Positions 1-9,244 of a stretch of DNA of 64,000 nt are shown here, one piece after another. The notes under the pieces were generated by a model. It saw nothing but the letters and a program-made list of their open reading frames with translations, was not told the DNA's origin and ran no database searches. Positions within the stretch are counted from its first letter, which is position 1; every line of letters begins with the position of its first letter. The stretch spans positions 3,296,001 to 3,360,000 of the forward strand of contig OZ244999.1 of NCBI GenBank assembly GCA_965223265.1, read 5' to 3'. Origin of the DNA: Planctomycetota bacterium (lineage in GTDB: Bacteria; Planctomycetota; UBA8108; SXIK01). Both the position numbers and the translations under genes were made by a program.

Positions 1-779
1 GTATTTGGGGGGATCCGGGGAGTAGCGGCAACGGCTATCTGTTCGTCGGTGGGAGTCCACTTGCGAACGTGGATCCGATCGGGGAAAAAGGGGGGAGACG
101 AGGGGGAGGCATCAGGGAACTCAGGCCGTACAAGCACGATTGGCATGTCTATCGGCGAAACCTACGACGAGAGCGAGAGAGGAGGGAGGAGGCGCAACGG
201 CGACGCCGGAATGAGGAGGAGGTGGATCAACTTGAGATTGTAGTTGAAGTTCCTATTCGTCCTCAAGTGTATCTAATGAGGCCGAACGGCCCACCGATTC
301 CTCCACCGGATCCGTTCGCGACTCGGAAGCCTGTATATGAATGCACTTTTGAGGTCACGGAGAGACAGGGTGGGGGGGCGGCAGACGAAGGATTTGCAAT
401 TTACGAGAATGAAGAGTGTCCCCCGGCTGAGTCGAATTGTAGGGTTTGCTGGGTGGATCGAAGGAGTGAATTGAGAGTTTGCAGCAGTTTTGACGGATGG
501 GCTCAGCCACATGATGGAGATTGTGCAGGGAAGAGGTATTATTCGGAGTGCAAGTATACGAATAGAATGAAAGATTGGCTTTTGGAGATAGCGGTGACGA
601 AGCCCGGTGGGTGGAACGCTGAGTTCCGTGGGCAATACGGCATAGCCGGCTTGTGTGGCCTTGGCTATGCTATTAGACCTAGCCAGCCTGACAGGCTGAA
701 GCCTTTGGTTGATCCCCTTATGCATCCGCACTTTCCCGACGGTCCATCTGCCGGGAGTGTACCCAGCGGGCGGCGTTGA
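1..779 (+). CDS. Rhs-repeat protein, 5'-truncated by the window: end of Rhs core plus C-terminal putative toxin domain
   Basis: The frame of ORF 69..779 is open from position 3 and reads IWGDPGSSGNGYLFVGGSPLANVDPIG, matching the Rhs core terminal NxYxY/FxxxxPxxxxDPxG motif. It is followed by a ~230-aa variable tail with 8 Cys. Confidence 0.8.
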   Translation, partial: IWGDPGSSGNGYLFVGGSPLANVDPIGEKGGRRGGGIRELRPYKHDWHVYRRNLRRERERREEAQRRRRNEEEVDQLEIVVEVPIRPQVYLMRPNGPPIPPPDPFATRKPVYECTFEVTERQGGGAADEGFAIYENEECPPAESNCRVCWVDRRSELRVCSSFDGWAQPHDGDCAGKRYYSECKYTNRMKDWLLEIAVTKPGGWNAEFRGQYGIAGLCGLGYAIRPSQPDRLKPLVDPLMHPHFPDGPSAGSVPSGRR

Positions 780-1105
780 TTTGTCCGCGCAGTCCTGAGA
801 GTGCGAAGCAAAGGAGAGGGAACGGTGGCTTCTTGTTTCTGCCTCGAGTGAGGCAAGACGCGAACCCATGGTCAGGGCTCCCGGGGTGTCGCGGCAGCTC
901 GATCTGACAGGCGCACACTTTTGATTTAGGTGTTTCGTTGATGGCGGCTCTAAATAAATTTTGTCGATAGAGCGCTTTATATGTTAGCCGATGCTGCGTA
1001 GGTATCCTTTCTTGGCTTGTCGATTTGTGCGCCGAGGCATTTTGATGAAGGTGTCTATTGATCGTAATGCAGGTTTTTGGGATGATGAGTTCGTCTGTTT
1101 TGTCC

Positions 1106-1801
1106 ATGGGCAATGCCGTGCGTAGGCTTTCTTGGGTGTTTTGTCTGGTTGTTTTCTTGGTCAGTTGTGCCAAGCATTCGGATTCCTCCGCGAAGGCAAG
1201 AAGAATTGGCGTTAATAAGTCGACTGACGGGAGAGGCATGATCGACCGATCGACGTATGGGGTTCCTGGCGATTTTTCGGATCGAGCTTTGCTGCCAGGA
1301 AAAGCCATCCAATTCAAGGGCTGGCGCGGATACACAGGGGATTCTTCGGTGAAGGGTTTGGAGAGTGCCCTTGAGTTTAGGTTTCCCGAGAAGTTTGTCG
1401 ATCAATGTAGGAAGCATAACGGTGGAAGTCTTGGTGGGATGTTGCTCTTTAATACGACTGAATGCAGGGGGCTCGCTGTCGGAGGGTTTCTGGGATTCGG
1501 GGAACCAATTGGTGTTGTCGGTTCATTTGAATTCCAAGATGATAGCATCGTTGGGGCCATCAGATCCAATGCATGCTTCAGCGATGGCGGTTCTTTAGCG
1601 TCCATTGTACCGTTTGCTCGAGTGATTGGTTCGATCGCTGCCGCAGAGCAGAACAACCCGTGGAACGAGGAGGGTTACTTAGCGTTCAAGAAGTCGGACG
1701 GATCGATCTATTTGGCATTGCCGAGCATTGAGAAAACCCACAGAGTGGCGGAGGACTACACTTCGTTTGTCGAGCATTCCGCATTTATGCCTCTGGATTG
1801 A
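1106..1801 (+). CDS. Putative lipoprotein, candidate Rhs immunity protein
   Basis: ATG at 1106 gives MGNAVRRLSWVFCLVVFLVSC (basic N-terminus, hydrophobic core, lipobox LVSC). It is visibly lower in GC and is the first gene after the Rhs C-terminal domain. Confidence 0.55.
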   Translation: MGNAVRRLSWVFCLVVFLVSCAKHSDSSAKARRIGVNKSTDGRGMIDRSTYGVPGDFSDRALLPGKAIQFKGWRGYTGDSSVKGLESALEFRFPEKFVDQCRKHNGGSLGGMLLFNTTECRGLAVGGFLGFGEPIGVVGSFEFQDDSIVGAIRSNACFSDGGSLASIVPFARVIGSIAAAEQNNPWNEEGYLAFKKSDGSIYLALPSIEKTHRVAEDYTSFVEHSAFMPLD

Positions 1802-2300
1802 CTTTTTCTGATCACCGGTGACAACGTGGATCCTTGAAGGTTTGATGGGGCGAAACGCGTTGTATCGAAGCTGTTCGCTGGTCCGACGCGCTCTCACGGA
1901 GCTGTTCGTGCGTCGCCGCCTCCCAGAATGCTTCTTCTAGTTTCCGTGTGGGTAAAGTTGTACGTTGCCGCAGTGAAAGAGGATCGCGTCGGTGCGGGGC
2001 GTTGGTGGAAGCTTCTGGCGAACTGTGCGGAGGAGCTTCAACTCCTCGTCGTTCGACCACCCCGCGACCCTCACCTCGTCGACACGTTCCTGCAGGAAAT
2101 GGTCGACCCTCATACTGACAGACGCCCACTCTTGAGTCAGGTGTTTCGTTGATGTGGCGCCGTAAGTTTCATTTCTACAGAGCTTTGCGTAAACGTCCGG
2201 TGAAGCACATCTGGCGTGGCGTGTCGTTGTGTGGAGACTTCGTGGTCGAGGAGGTGAACCGCTTTACTGGACTCAAAAACCACCACGATGCAACACGATG

Positions 2301-2325
2301 CAAAACGTATACGGTATACGTTTTG
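2301..2325. repeat. Perfect 12-bp inverted repeat CAAAACGTATAC-G-GTATACGTTTTG
   Basis: Read directly from the sequence; it lies next to a CACGATGCAA direct repeat near the island end. Confidence 0.7.
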
Positions 2326-2477
2326 ACCCCAAATCGACCGCATTCGACTGGTCAGCGACAATTACTCCTATCGCCCGACGACAACTATTTCTTTCGGGCG
2401 ACGACAATTAGAAGTTTCGGGTGCGATCCGGCGGTCGCGACGTCGTAACCTCCGCTCCCAGAAGGGAGTGGGGAGAT

Positions 2478-3977
2478 ATGAAGAACGACCATCAAGTGAG
2501 GCTTTTGATGTCGCTGACGAACGAAGGAGTGCCGCTGGAGAGCGCGGCGGCGCGGGCAGGTATGAGCGCCCCGACAGCAAGGAAATACCGAGATTTGGGG
2601 AAATTTCCGAGTGAGACTCGGGGGCAGAGGACCTGGCGGACACGGGATGACCCATTCGCTGAGGTGAGAGAAGAGATCGACGAGCTTCTGAGCGGCGACA
2701 GCGGGCTGGAGGCGAAGACGATCTTCGAGGAACTCGGGCGTCGTTACCCAGGTCGGTTTCGCCCGGGGCAGCTCAGGACACTGCAGAGGCGGATCCGCGA
2801 GTGGCGAGCGCTGAAGGGGCCGGCAAAAGAAGTATTCTTTCCGCAGCAGTGGCCTCCCGGAGAGCAAGGTCAGTCGGACTTCACCGACATGCGGACTCTG
2901 GGCATCACGATCGGCGGGCAGTCGTTTGGACATCTGTTGTACCACTTCGTTCTGCCGTACTCGAACTGGGAGTACGTGGACGTGGCGTACTCGGAGAGTT
3001 TCGAGGCACTGAGCCAAGGACTCCAGCGAGCGCTGCGTGAGCTTGGCAAGGTTCCCAGCGTGCATCGCACCGACAATCTTTCGGCCGCGACTCACAGACT
3101 GCGCGAGACGCGCGGTCGTGGATTCACGCAGCGCTACCTCGAGCTTCTCCATCACTACGGCCTCAAACCATCGAAGAACCGTCCGGGCAAGGCGAACGAG
3201 AACGGAGATGTGGAGTCGAGCCACAGGCAGCTCAAGCGGTCCATCGACCAGCGCCTGCGTCTGCGAGGTAGCCGCGATTTCGACAGCGTCGAGCACTACG
3301 TCGAGTTTCTCAGACAGCTCGTGCGCAAGCGCAACACTCACCGCGCAGAGCGAGTTCAAAAAGAGCTCGTGAAGATGCGCAGTCTTCCAGCGCGAGCGCT
3401 GGACTGCTTCCGCGAGCAAACGACGACTGTCTCACGCTGGAGTACGGTTCGCGTCGCAGGGAAGACATACTCCGTGCCGTCAAGATTGCGCGGAGAGCGA
3501 CTCAGAGCCCGCATCTACGCCGACATCATCGAACTGGAGTACAAGGGCAAGGTGATTGAGCGCATGGAACGTCTCAGAGCAAAGGACGCGGCACGGATTG
3601 ACTATCGCCATATCATCGCCTCGCTGGTGAGAAAGCCCGGCGCGTTTGAGCGCTACGTGTACCGCGAGGCGCTGTTTCCCAGCGTCGTCTTTCGTCGCGC
3701 GTATGACAGACTGCTTGAGAAGTCGGCTGGCCGCGCAGATCTCGAATACCTGCGGATCCTACAGCTAGCTGCTACGACGATGGAGTGTCGTGTGGAGTCG
3801 GCGCTCGCTCAGCTACTGGCAGAAGATCGCGTGCCCGATTACGGTTCGACGAAGGATCTTGTCGAGCCGAACGACTCCGCCGCAGCACCCCGAGTGACGG
3901 TCGCGGAACCTGATCTTCTCCTTTACGACAGCTTGATCGGATGGAGTGAAGAAGAGACGGAAAAGGAGGCGTCATGA
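2478..3977 (+). CDS. istA: IS21 transposase IstA
   Basis: N-terminal HTH with RTRDDPF, QSDFT, TDNLSAA, NENGDVE (DDE core) and YSVPSRL; ATGA overlap with istB. Confidence 0.95.
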   Translation: MKNDHQVRLLMSLTNEGVPLESAAARAGMSAPTARKYRDLGKFPSETRGQRTWRTRDDPFAEVREEIDELLSGDSGLEAKTIFEELGRRYPGRFRPGQLRTLQRRIREWRALKGPAKEVFFPQQWPPGEQGQSDFTDMRTLGITIGGQSFGHLLYHFVLPYSNWEYVDVAYSESFEALSQGLQRALRELGKVPSVHRTDNLSAATHRLRETRGRGFTQRYLELLHHYGLKPSKNRPGKANENGDVESSHRQLKRSIDQRLRLRGSRDFDSVEHYVEFLRQLVRKRNTHRAERVQKELVKMRSLPARALDCFREQTTTVSRWSTVRVAGKTYSVPSRLRGERLRARIYADIIELEYKGKVIERMERLRAKDAARIDYRHIIASLVRKPGAFERYVYREALFPSVVFRRAYDRLLEKSAGRADLEYLRILQLAATTMECRVESALAQLLAEDRVPDYGSTKDLVEPNDSAAAPRVTVAEPDLLLYDSLIGWSEEETEKEAS

Positions 3978-4753
3978 CCGAGAGCACACTCACGCTGCGA
4001 CTGAAGGCATTTCGGTTGCCGTCATTTCTCGGAAACTATCAAGATCTCGCCGAACGTGCGAAGAAGCAGGGCTGGAGCCACGTGCGTTACCTCGACGAAC
4101 TGGCGAATATAGAGGCGCAGGACCGCAAGGATCGCCGCATAGATCGCCTGAAGCGGCAGTCAAAACTGCCGCGGGATAAGACGCTCTCGACGCTGAAGCA
4201 GAGACGATTCCCCGCAGCGGTGAGAGGACAGATCAAGTCGCTATGCCAAGGCGACTTTCTTGAAGGCTCGACGAACCTGTGCATTTTCGGCAACCCTGGC
4301 ACGGGCAAGACGCACGTCATGTCAGCCATCGGGCATGAACTGGTGAACATGGGCCACACGGTTCTCTTCACAACGGCGTGCGAGCTCGTCGAGCGTCTGC
4401 TTGAAGCGAAGAGAGACCTGCGGCTCAGCAGGGAGCTGCGCAAACTCGACAACTTCGAGTGCCTGGCGCTCGACGACATCGGTTACGTGCAGCAAGACCG
4501 CTCGGAGATGGAAGTGCTCTTCACGCTCCTTGCCGAACGCTATGAGCGAAGGAGCGTGCTGATCACCAGCAATCTGGTCTTCTCGAAGTGGGATCAAATC
4601 TTCAAGGACGCAATGACGACCGCGGCAGCGATCGATCGCGTGGTGCACCATTCCGTGATCATGGAGCTGAGCGTTCCCAGCTTTCGGCAAGAGGTAGCGA
4701 AGAGTCGGACGCGAAGCTCACAGACCAAGGAGGACGAGAGACCAAAAGACTAA
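3974..4753 (+). CDS. istB: IS21 helper ATPase IstB
   Basis: Walker A GNPGTGKT, Walker B LALDDIGY, ITSN and AAIDRVVHH motifs. Confidence 0.96.
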   Translation: MTESTLTLRLKAFRLPSFLGNYQDLAERAKKQGWSHVRYLDELANIEAQDRKDRRIDRLKRQSKLPRDKTLSTLKQRRFPAAVRGQIKSLCQGDFLEGSTNLCIFGNPGTGKTHVMSAIGHELVNMGHTVLFTTACELVERLLEAKRDLRLSRELRKLDNFECLALDDIGYVQQDRSEMEVLFTLLAERYERRSVLITSNLVFSKWDQIFKDAMTTAAAIDRVVHHSVIMELSVPSFRQEVAKSRTRSSQTKEDERPKD

Positions 4754-4768
4754 ATTGTAGTTCTGGCA

Positions 4769-4796
4769 ACCTTCTCCCCCCGCGGGGGGAGAAGGT
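4769..4796. repeat. Perfect 28-bp palindrome after istB (possible terminator-like hairpin)
   Basis: ACCTTCTCCCCCCGCGGGGGGAGAAGGT. Confidence 0.7.
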
Positions 4797-4950
4797 CACG
4801 ACCTACCGGTCGTGACGGTATTTCTAATTGTCGCCAGAGAAAGAAATAGTTGACGTCGACCAGCATTCGACACCAATATTGCGATTGCTGCCTCACTGTG
4901 ATATGTTATTGCGCAACGGTTTAGAAAAACTGTTGCCGCCGCGGGAGCGA

Positions 4951-4995
4951 CTCCGGAGCAGAAGGTCCCAGGTTTGAGTCCTGGCGGGGTCACCA
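4951..4995 (+). pseudogene. 3' fragment of tRNA-Arg(CCG); att site at a genomic island boundary
   Basis: Anticodon loop CTCCGGA, 3' stem GCAGA, variable loop AGGTC, T-arm CCAGG-TTTGAGT-CCTGG, acceptor strand CGGGGTC-A-CCA. The 5' half is absent: upstream AGCGA cannot pair with GCAGA. Confidence 0.85.
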
Positions 4996-5416
4996 ACGCA
5001 GCTTCCGCCGAATCCCGTCGCCCGGGAATTTCTGAGACGCCGTCGCGAGAGGTCGTCAGGGCGTCTCTGGCAAGGAGCGAGCGTCGAGCCGACCGGAGGT
5101 GTGGTTCTTCCACAGTGAGGATCGGGTCGACGCTCGAGGCGGAGCCCAGAGGCGGTCTGACGACCTCGCAGCAGGTGTCTCAGGAATTCCCGGGCTGGTT
5201 AGGATACCTTCCCCGCCCGAGAAGGGCGGGGAGGCGCGGCTCTGAACCGTATACAAACGTATACCGACGGAGGAGTCGCCCATGGCGAGAGGCATGACGC
5301 CGCCTCGTAGTAGACTTTGATCTTGTCGATGCCGGTTCCGATCGGGTGACAGTTCCTCACCCGACGTATTCCCGTGCGGTCAGATCCTCCAACGACCTCC
5401 ATGCGGGCAACTTTCC

Positions 5417-5623
5417 ATGGACAGGAAGAACCAGATCGTCAACGACGGACAGAGGCGAGCCTACGACGCTTCCATCAACCAAGTTCGCGCGGAAGTCGAG
5501 GCGAAATACGCCGAGGAACTGAAAAAGGCAGATGCGTGGAAGACGGTGCAGGTTCGCCGGAAGGTGGAGGGCGAGATCAAGGAACGGATGGAGCGGATGG
5601 CGCCGAAGTCGGGGCTCTACTGA
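5417..5623 (+). CDS. Small helical hypothetical protein (68 aa)
   Basis: ATG start, protein-like charged helical composition; converges on and overlaps the end of the next gene. Confidence 0.55.
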   Translation: MDRKNQIVNDGQRRAYDASINQVRAEVEAKYAEELKKADAWKTVQVRRKVEGEIKERMERMAPKSGLY

Positions 5624-6944
5624 GCAGCCGGGCGTTCCCCGTCGACTTCGGAGGTTCTCTGTACGGCCTACCTCTCTCGTACAGCGTCAGTCGAATCTCG
5701 TCTCCTTGCCGATCCTCTTCCGCGGCAAGCTCAACGGCTTTCCGTGCCCACCTTACAGCCTTCTCGAAATCGCCACACTCAGCATAGGCAGCGCCGAGAG
5801 TATCGAGGATGGCTTCCGAGTTCCATTCGGTCAGTTCACAAGCGCGGGTCGCCAGCGCGACAGCTTTCTCTCCATCACGTACACCGCCTTCCGGGCACGT
5901 GCAGAGAAGCCACGCAAACGAGTTCAAGTGATCGGGATCTTCAGAGCCCAACTCGGTGACGACGCGAAAATCTTCAAGAGCTCTCTGGTACTCTCCCGTT
6001 TCCTGACGGAGCAGGGCTCGATAGTAGAAATCCGCTGCCTCGACAGGAGTCCATTCCCAGTCGCCCTCGCCGAGGAACTGCGCCGCCAGGTCCCCGATTC
6101 CCAATCCATAGACGTTTTTCGTAGCGGTGTCTCCGCAATCCAAGGAATCGGCCTCTTTGAGGAGTCGGAGGAACTGGTCTCGCCCTCGGGACAGAAGATT
6201 CCTAGTCAGCACCTCGGCGAGGTCGTAGCTCAGTTCCCGGCCAACGGTGGGACGCCGGAAACTTTCGCCCAACCAAAAACAGCGGAGGCCGCTATCCCTC
6301 CAGTATTTCTGATGTCTCTCAACCTCCTCCCGGTTCATCGCGAAGCGGGAGATTCCGAGAATCGCCTCCTCCATGATCTGCGTGACGCCCTCTTCGAGCC
6401 ACAGCGGCAGCGGACAACTTCCGAGGCATGCGTGCGTTAGTTCGTGGACGAGGACAAGCTCCAACGAGGAGTGCGCTGCGTGATTGAGCACGAAGTGAGG
6501 GTATCCATGAGACAGATAGACACCGCCGGAAGCGCCAAACTCACCTTCCGGATAGAAGTGCGAGATATACTCATAGTAGGAGTCTCTGTCAGCGAAGGAA
6601 ATGCACACGAACTTGCCATGGCCGTCTTTCTGTGCGACTCCAGGGAGCCCTTCGAGCATTTCCTTCAATGCCCGTTCGGCGACACGCGCAAGGTTGCGGG
6701 CGTGCGTTGGGCCGGCGGAAGTCAAAATCAGGAAGTTGTCGCTCTCGAAGACTTCATATCCCTCGCCGGCCGCAACCTTCACTGTTGCGAGCCACTGGCG
6801 AGCGAGATCGGTGCAGACTTCGTCGCGGTCGTCCTTGGCGCACTCCGTCGCAAGCCACCGGCCGACTTTGGCCCAATCGGGCCTCGGGAATCCGAAGAGG
6901 ACTGGGATGGAATCGAGGATGTCGTCGAGGTCCGGCACGCTCAC
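5577..6944 (-). CDS. Zinc metallopeptidase-like (HExxH...E) protein with C-terminal TPR repeats
   Basis: LVHELTH plus PLWLEEG gluzincin-like motifs; TPR motifs such as LNSFAWLL and LDTLGAAYAECGDFEKA. Confidence 0.8.
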   Translation of the reverse strand: MSVPDLDDILDSIPVLFGFPRPDWAKVGRWLATECAKDDRDEVCTDLARQWLATVKVAAGEGYEVFESDNFLILTSAGPTHARNLARVAERALKEMLEGLPGVAQKDGHGKFVCISFADRDSYYEYISHFYPEGEFGASGGVYLSHGYPHFVLNHAAHSSLELVLVHELTHACLGSCPLPLWLEEGVTQIMEEAILGISRFAMNREEVERHQKYWRDSGLRCFWLGESFRRPTVGRELSYDLAEVLTRNLLSRGRDQFLRLLKEADSLDCGDTATKNVYGLGIGDLAAQFLGEGDWEWTPVEAADFYYRALLRQETGEYQRALEDFRVVTELGSEDPDHLNSFAWLLCTCPEGGVRDGEKAVALATRACELTEWNSEAILDTLGAAYAECGDFEKAVRWARKAVELAAEEDRQGDEIRLTLYERGRPYREPPKSTGNARLLSRAPTSAPSAPSVP

Positions 6945-7397
6945 GCCTGCTCCGTGCTGAGGGCTAAGTGTACGAGCTGTGTTTCGAACATTCTACCAAA
7001 GCCGGGAATGACCTTCGAGCCGATCCGTCTTTGAGCGTTCGGCCGTCGGGTGCCAAGACGGGCTCGGTCCCGCGGCCAAAGTATCGACGGCGGAGGCAAG
7101 CCGGACCTCCCGTTCAACGAAGTCGTTGGGCGCCGTTCCTGCTTTTCCGCTCTCGCGTGGACGAAACACGAAGCGAAGATTAGGCTGGGCGCGGGTGCGT
7201 CCCAAACGCTCCCGATTCGCCCGTCGCTTCCGGCGAACAATCTGACCCACTCGCAGCCATGGAGTGGTGTTGCTTGCGGCCGGCTCGATGTTCTCACCGC
7301 TTATGACGTACAGCCGGTTTGCGATGAGGACGGCGGGCACGTCGTTTGTCGCGACCGGCATAGTGCTCGGCAGTCGGGTCCAGCGATCGGCCGCGAC

Positions 7398-8936
7398 TCA
7401 CTCGGCTGCATCTCGCCGAGCGGCTACAAACCCGTAGAGGTCAGCGCGGACGAAGCGAAACTCGAGACGGACGATCTGGCCCTTGAGCTCGTGGATGGCA
7501 CCCGAGCGCCACTCCATTTGATGACGTGTTGCGTCGCCACGAAACGGCACGCAGTTTTCGTAGGAAAGCTCGCCTAGCGGATCGCGCCGAACATCGGTCA
7601 CGCGTACGGCGACCTGTCCGCCACGCGTGTCAGCGTTGATCACAAGATCTCCTCCCGGCCAGCGAAAAGGGCGCGTCACGAGATAGCTGGTGCGGCCTTC
7701 GGAGTCAGCGCGCACCGAGACGAAGCCTTCTTTGCGAAAGCGCAGGAGACCAACTGAGCCCCAGCTGTGGTGCTCGTTGTGGTAATCGCCGTGTCCCGAA
7801 TAGTAAAGCCACCACTCGTCGCCGTTCTCGATCACTCGATCGGCGGCGTAGACCATGCCGCGGTCCCACTCGGTGTCCGTGCCTACGGGAATCAACTTTT
7901 GACCGGATGCGCTTCGCCTCCAATTGAAACCGTCGCGGCTGGTGACCAGCTCGACCTCAACACTCATCGGCACTTGCCGAAGATGGTGTAAAAAGCCAAA
8001 GTAGACGCCGCCGTAGCGAAACGTCGGCATGGCGTAAAACCGATCGGCGTCGCCTGCGTCCGGGAGAAGCACGGTCGTCGGCATCTGACTCCACATCGTC
8101 CAGAGCTCTGGGCTGGAGAGCCGCGAAATCATGCGGTGATTCGCTTTCTTGGGAGTGCCCGTCGCGCCGCCGAAGATCATTTTGTTACGCAGAAACGTCA
8201 CGAACTCGCGGCGCTCCTCGTCGTACAGGAGCGTCTGGTGGCAGTCGATGCGTCGCGGAAGCACCTGCTGGCGTCGCTCAGCGAAGCGGATCCCGTCGTG
8301 CGACGTCGAGAGAAAGTGCGGGTAGTCGCCGCAGTACATCAAAATCCGGTGGTCGCGAAACGCGCTGCGCGGCAGAGAGCCAATGTTGCGGATGCTGCCC
8401 GCGTTCTCCGGCGGGGCTATCTGAATGTGTGGCGCGTGGGCCTCATTCTGTCCCTGTAGGACGATGTTCGTCCGCGCAATCGAACCCCATGGAACCAAGC
8501 CGAAGAGTGGCTTCGACCAGCGTATGCCGTCAGCCGACTCAGCGTAGCCGACGCAGTAGTTCACCGAGGGATACCCCGCCTTGCCCTTGACCTCGGGTCG
8601 CACGACCACCTGATAGTAGAGACGAAAGAGTTTCGCCTCGCTATCGTACGCGACCGAGAGATACCCGAGTCCGTCGGCTTCCCACGGCTTGTCTGGATCT
8701 CGCGTCACGATCGGTTTTGTGCTTCGCTCTGGCTTGTGCGCGACGTGGGGAACGGATGCGGAGAGGAAGTTCTCGTTGAAACGGTTCTCGATGAGGTAGT
8801 CATCGATGAAAAGCTGGGGTTCGTCGAGTTGGACGGTGCGACAGACGTGGGGGTCGCAGTCAGTCGGAGAGGCGGTCGTGTGGGTGAGGTTGGCGCTCAC
8901 CGTGATGAAAAGCCACGTAAGTCGAGCATATTGCAT
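7398..8936 (-). CDS. Secreted five-bladed beta-propeller glycoside hydrolase-like protein (GH32/43/130-like clan)
   Basis: Signal-like N-terminus; QLFIDD, YAESADGIRW, TSRDGFNW, WWLYYSG and RKEGFVS motifs. Confidence 0.7.
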   Translation of the reverse strand: MQYARLTWLFITVSANLTHTTASPTDCDPHVCRTVQLDEPQLFIDDYLIENRFNENFLSASVPHVAHKPERSTKPIVTRDPDKPWEADGLGYLSVAYDSEAKLFRLYYQVVVRPEVKGKAGYPSVNYCVGYAESADGIRWSKPLFGLVPWGSIARTNIVLQGQNEAHAPHIQIAPPENAGSIRNIGSLPRSAFRDHRILMYCGDYPHFLSTSHDGIRFAERRQQVLPRRIDCHQTLLYDEERREFVTFLRNKMIFGGATGTPKKANHRMISRLSSPELWTMWSQMPTTVLLPDAGDADRFYAMPTFRYGGVYFGFLHHLRQVPMSVEVELVTSRDGFNWRRSASGQKLIPVGTDTEWDRGMVYAADRVIENGDEWWLYYSGHGDYHNEHHSWGSVGLLRFRKEGFVSVRADSEGRTSYLVTRPFRWPGGDLVINADTRGGQVAVRVTDVRRDPLGELSYENCVPFRGDATRHQMEWRSGAIHELKGQIVRLEFRFVRADLYGFVAARRDAAE

Positions 8937-9244
8937 GGGTGAACCTCCCATCCACCAAGCCTCCTATATCGAGCAGGGTAAGATTCTATGAGGCGATGGG
9001 GGGGCGCGCCACACTCAATGCGGCGAGTGCGGGGATGCGGCGGCTGGGGGTCGAGCGAAGCCGGGGCGACCGCTTCGATCGAGCCACTGAAACGCACGTT
9101 TCGATTCGGTTCTCCGAGTGCGTCTGGACGACACGTCCATAGATCTTCGGTCGTGAGAACGTAAAAGTCGTAACAACGTTTTGCCGAGTCTGCTGCTCTG
9201 CGCTATAAGGAGAGTCGTCTTAGCTGTGCGACGGTAGAGTCGTC

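Larger units (their letters stand above)
2349..4862 (+). mobile_element. IS21-family insertion sequence (2514 bp), complete
   Basis: Contains istA and istB. Ends are TGGTCAGCGACAATTA... and ...TAGTTGACGTCGACCA with internal CGACAA(T/C)TA sub-repeats. Direct repeat GCATTCGAC at 2340-2348 and 4863-4871. Confidence 0.93.

Noticed and set aside
1812-2360. Short ORFs between the lipoprotein gene and IS21
   Set aside because: No recognisable motif; at most a decayed remnant.
2385-3419. Long antisense ORFs (this one, also 5532..6440, 14323..15279, 23900..24835, 41630..42487 and others)
   Set aside because: Shadow frames of well-supported genes in GC-rich DNA.
4920-4995. Functional tRNA-Arg gene
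   Set aside because: No 5' acceptor strand, D-arm or pairing 5' anticodon stem, and the T-loop is mutated; treated as an att fragment.
6993-7361. Kelch-like fragment (VLIANRLYVISGE)
   Set aside because: A single short motif; the rest of the ORF is not protein-like.
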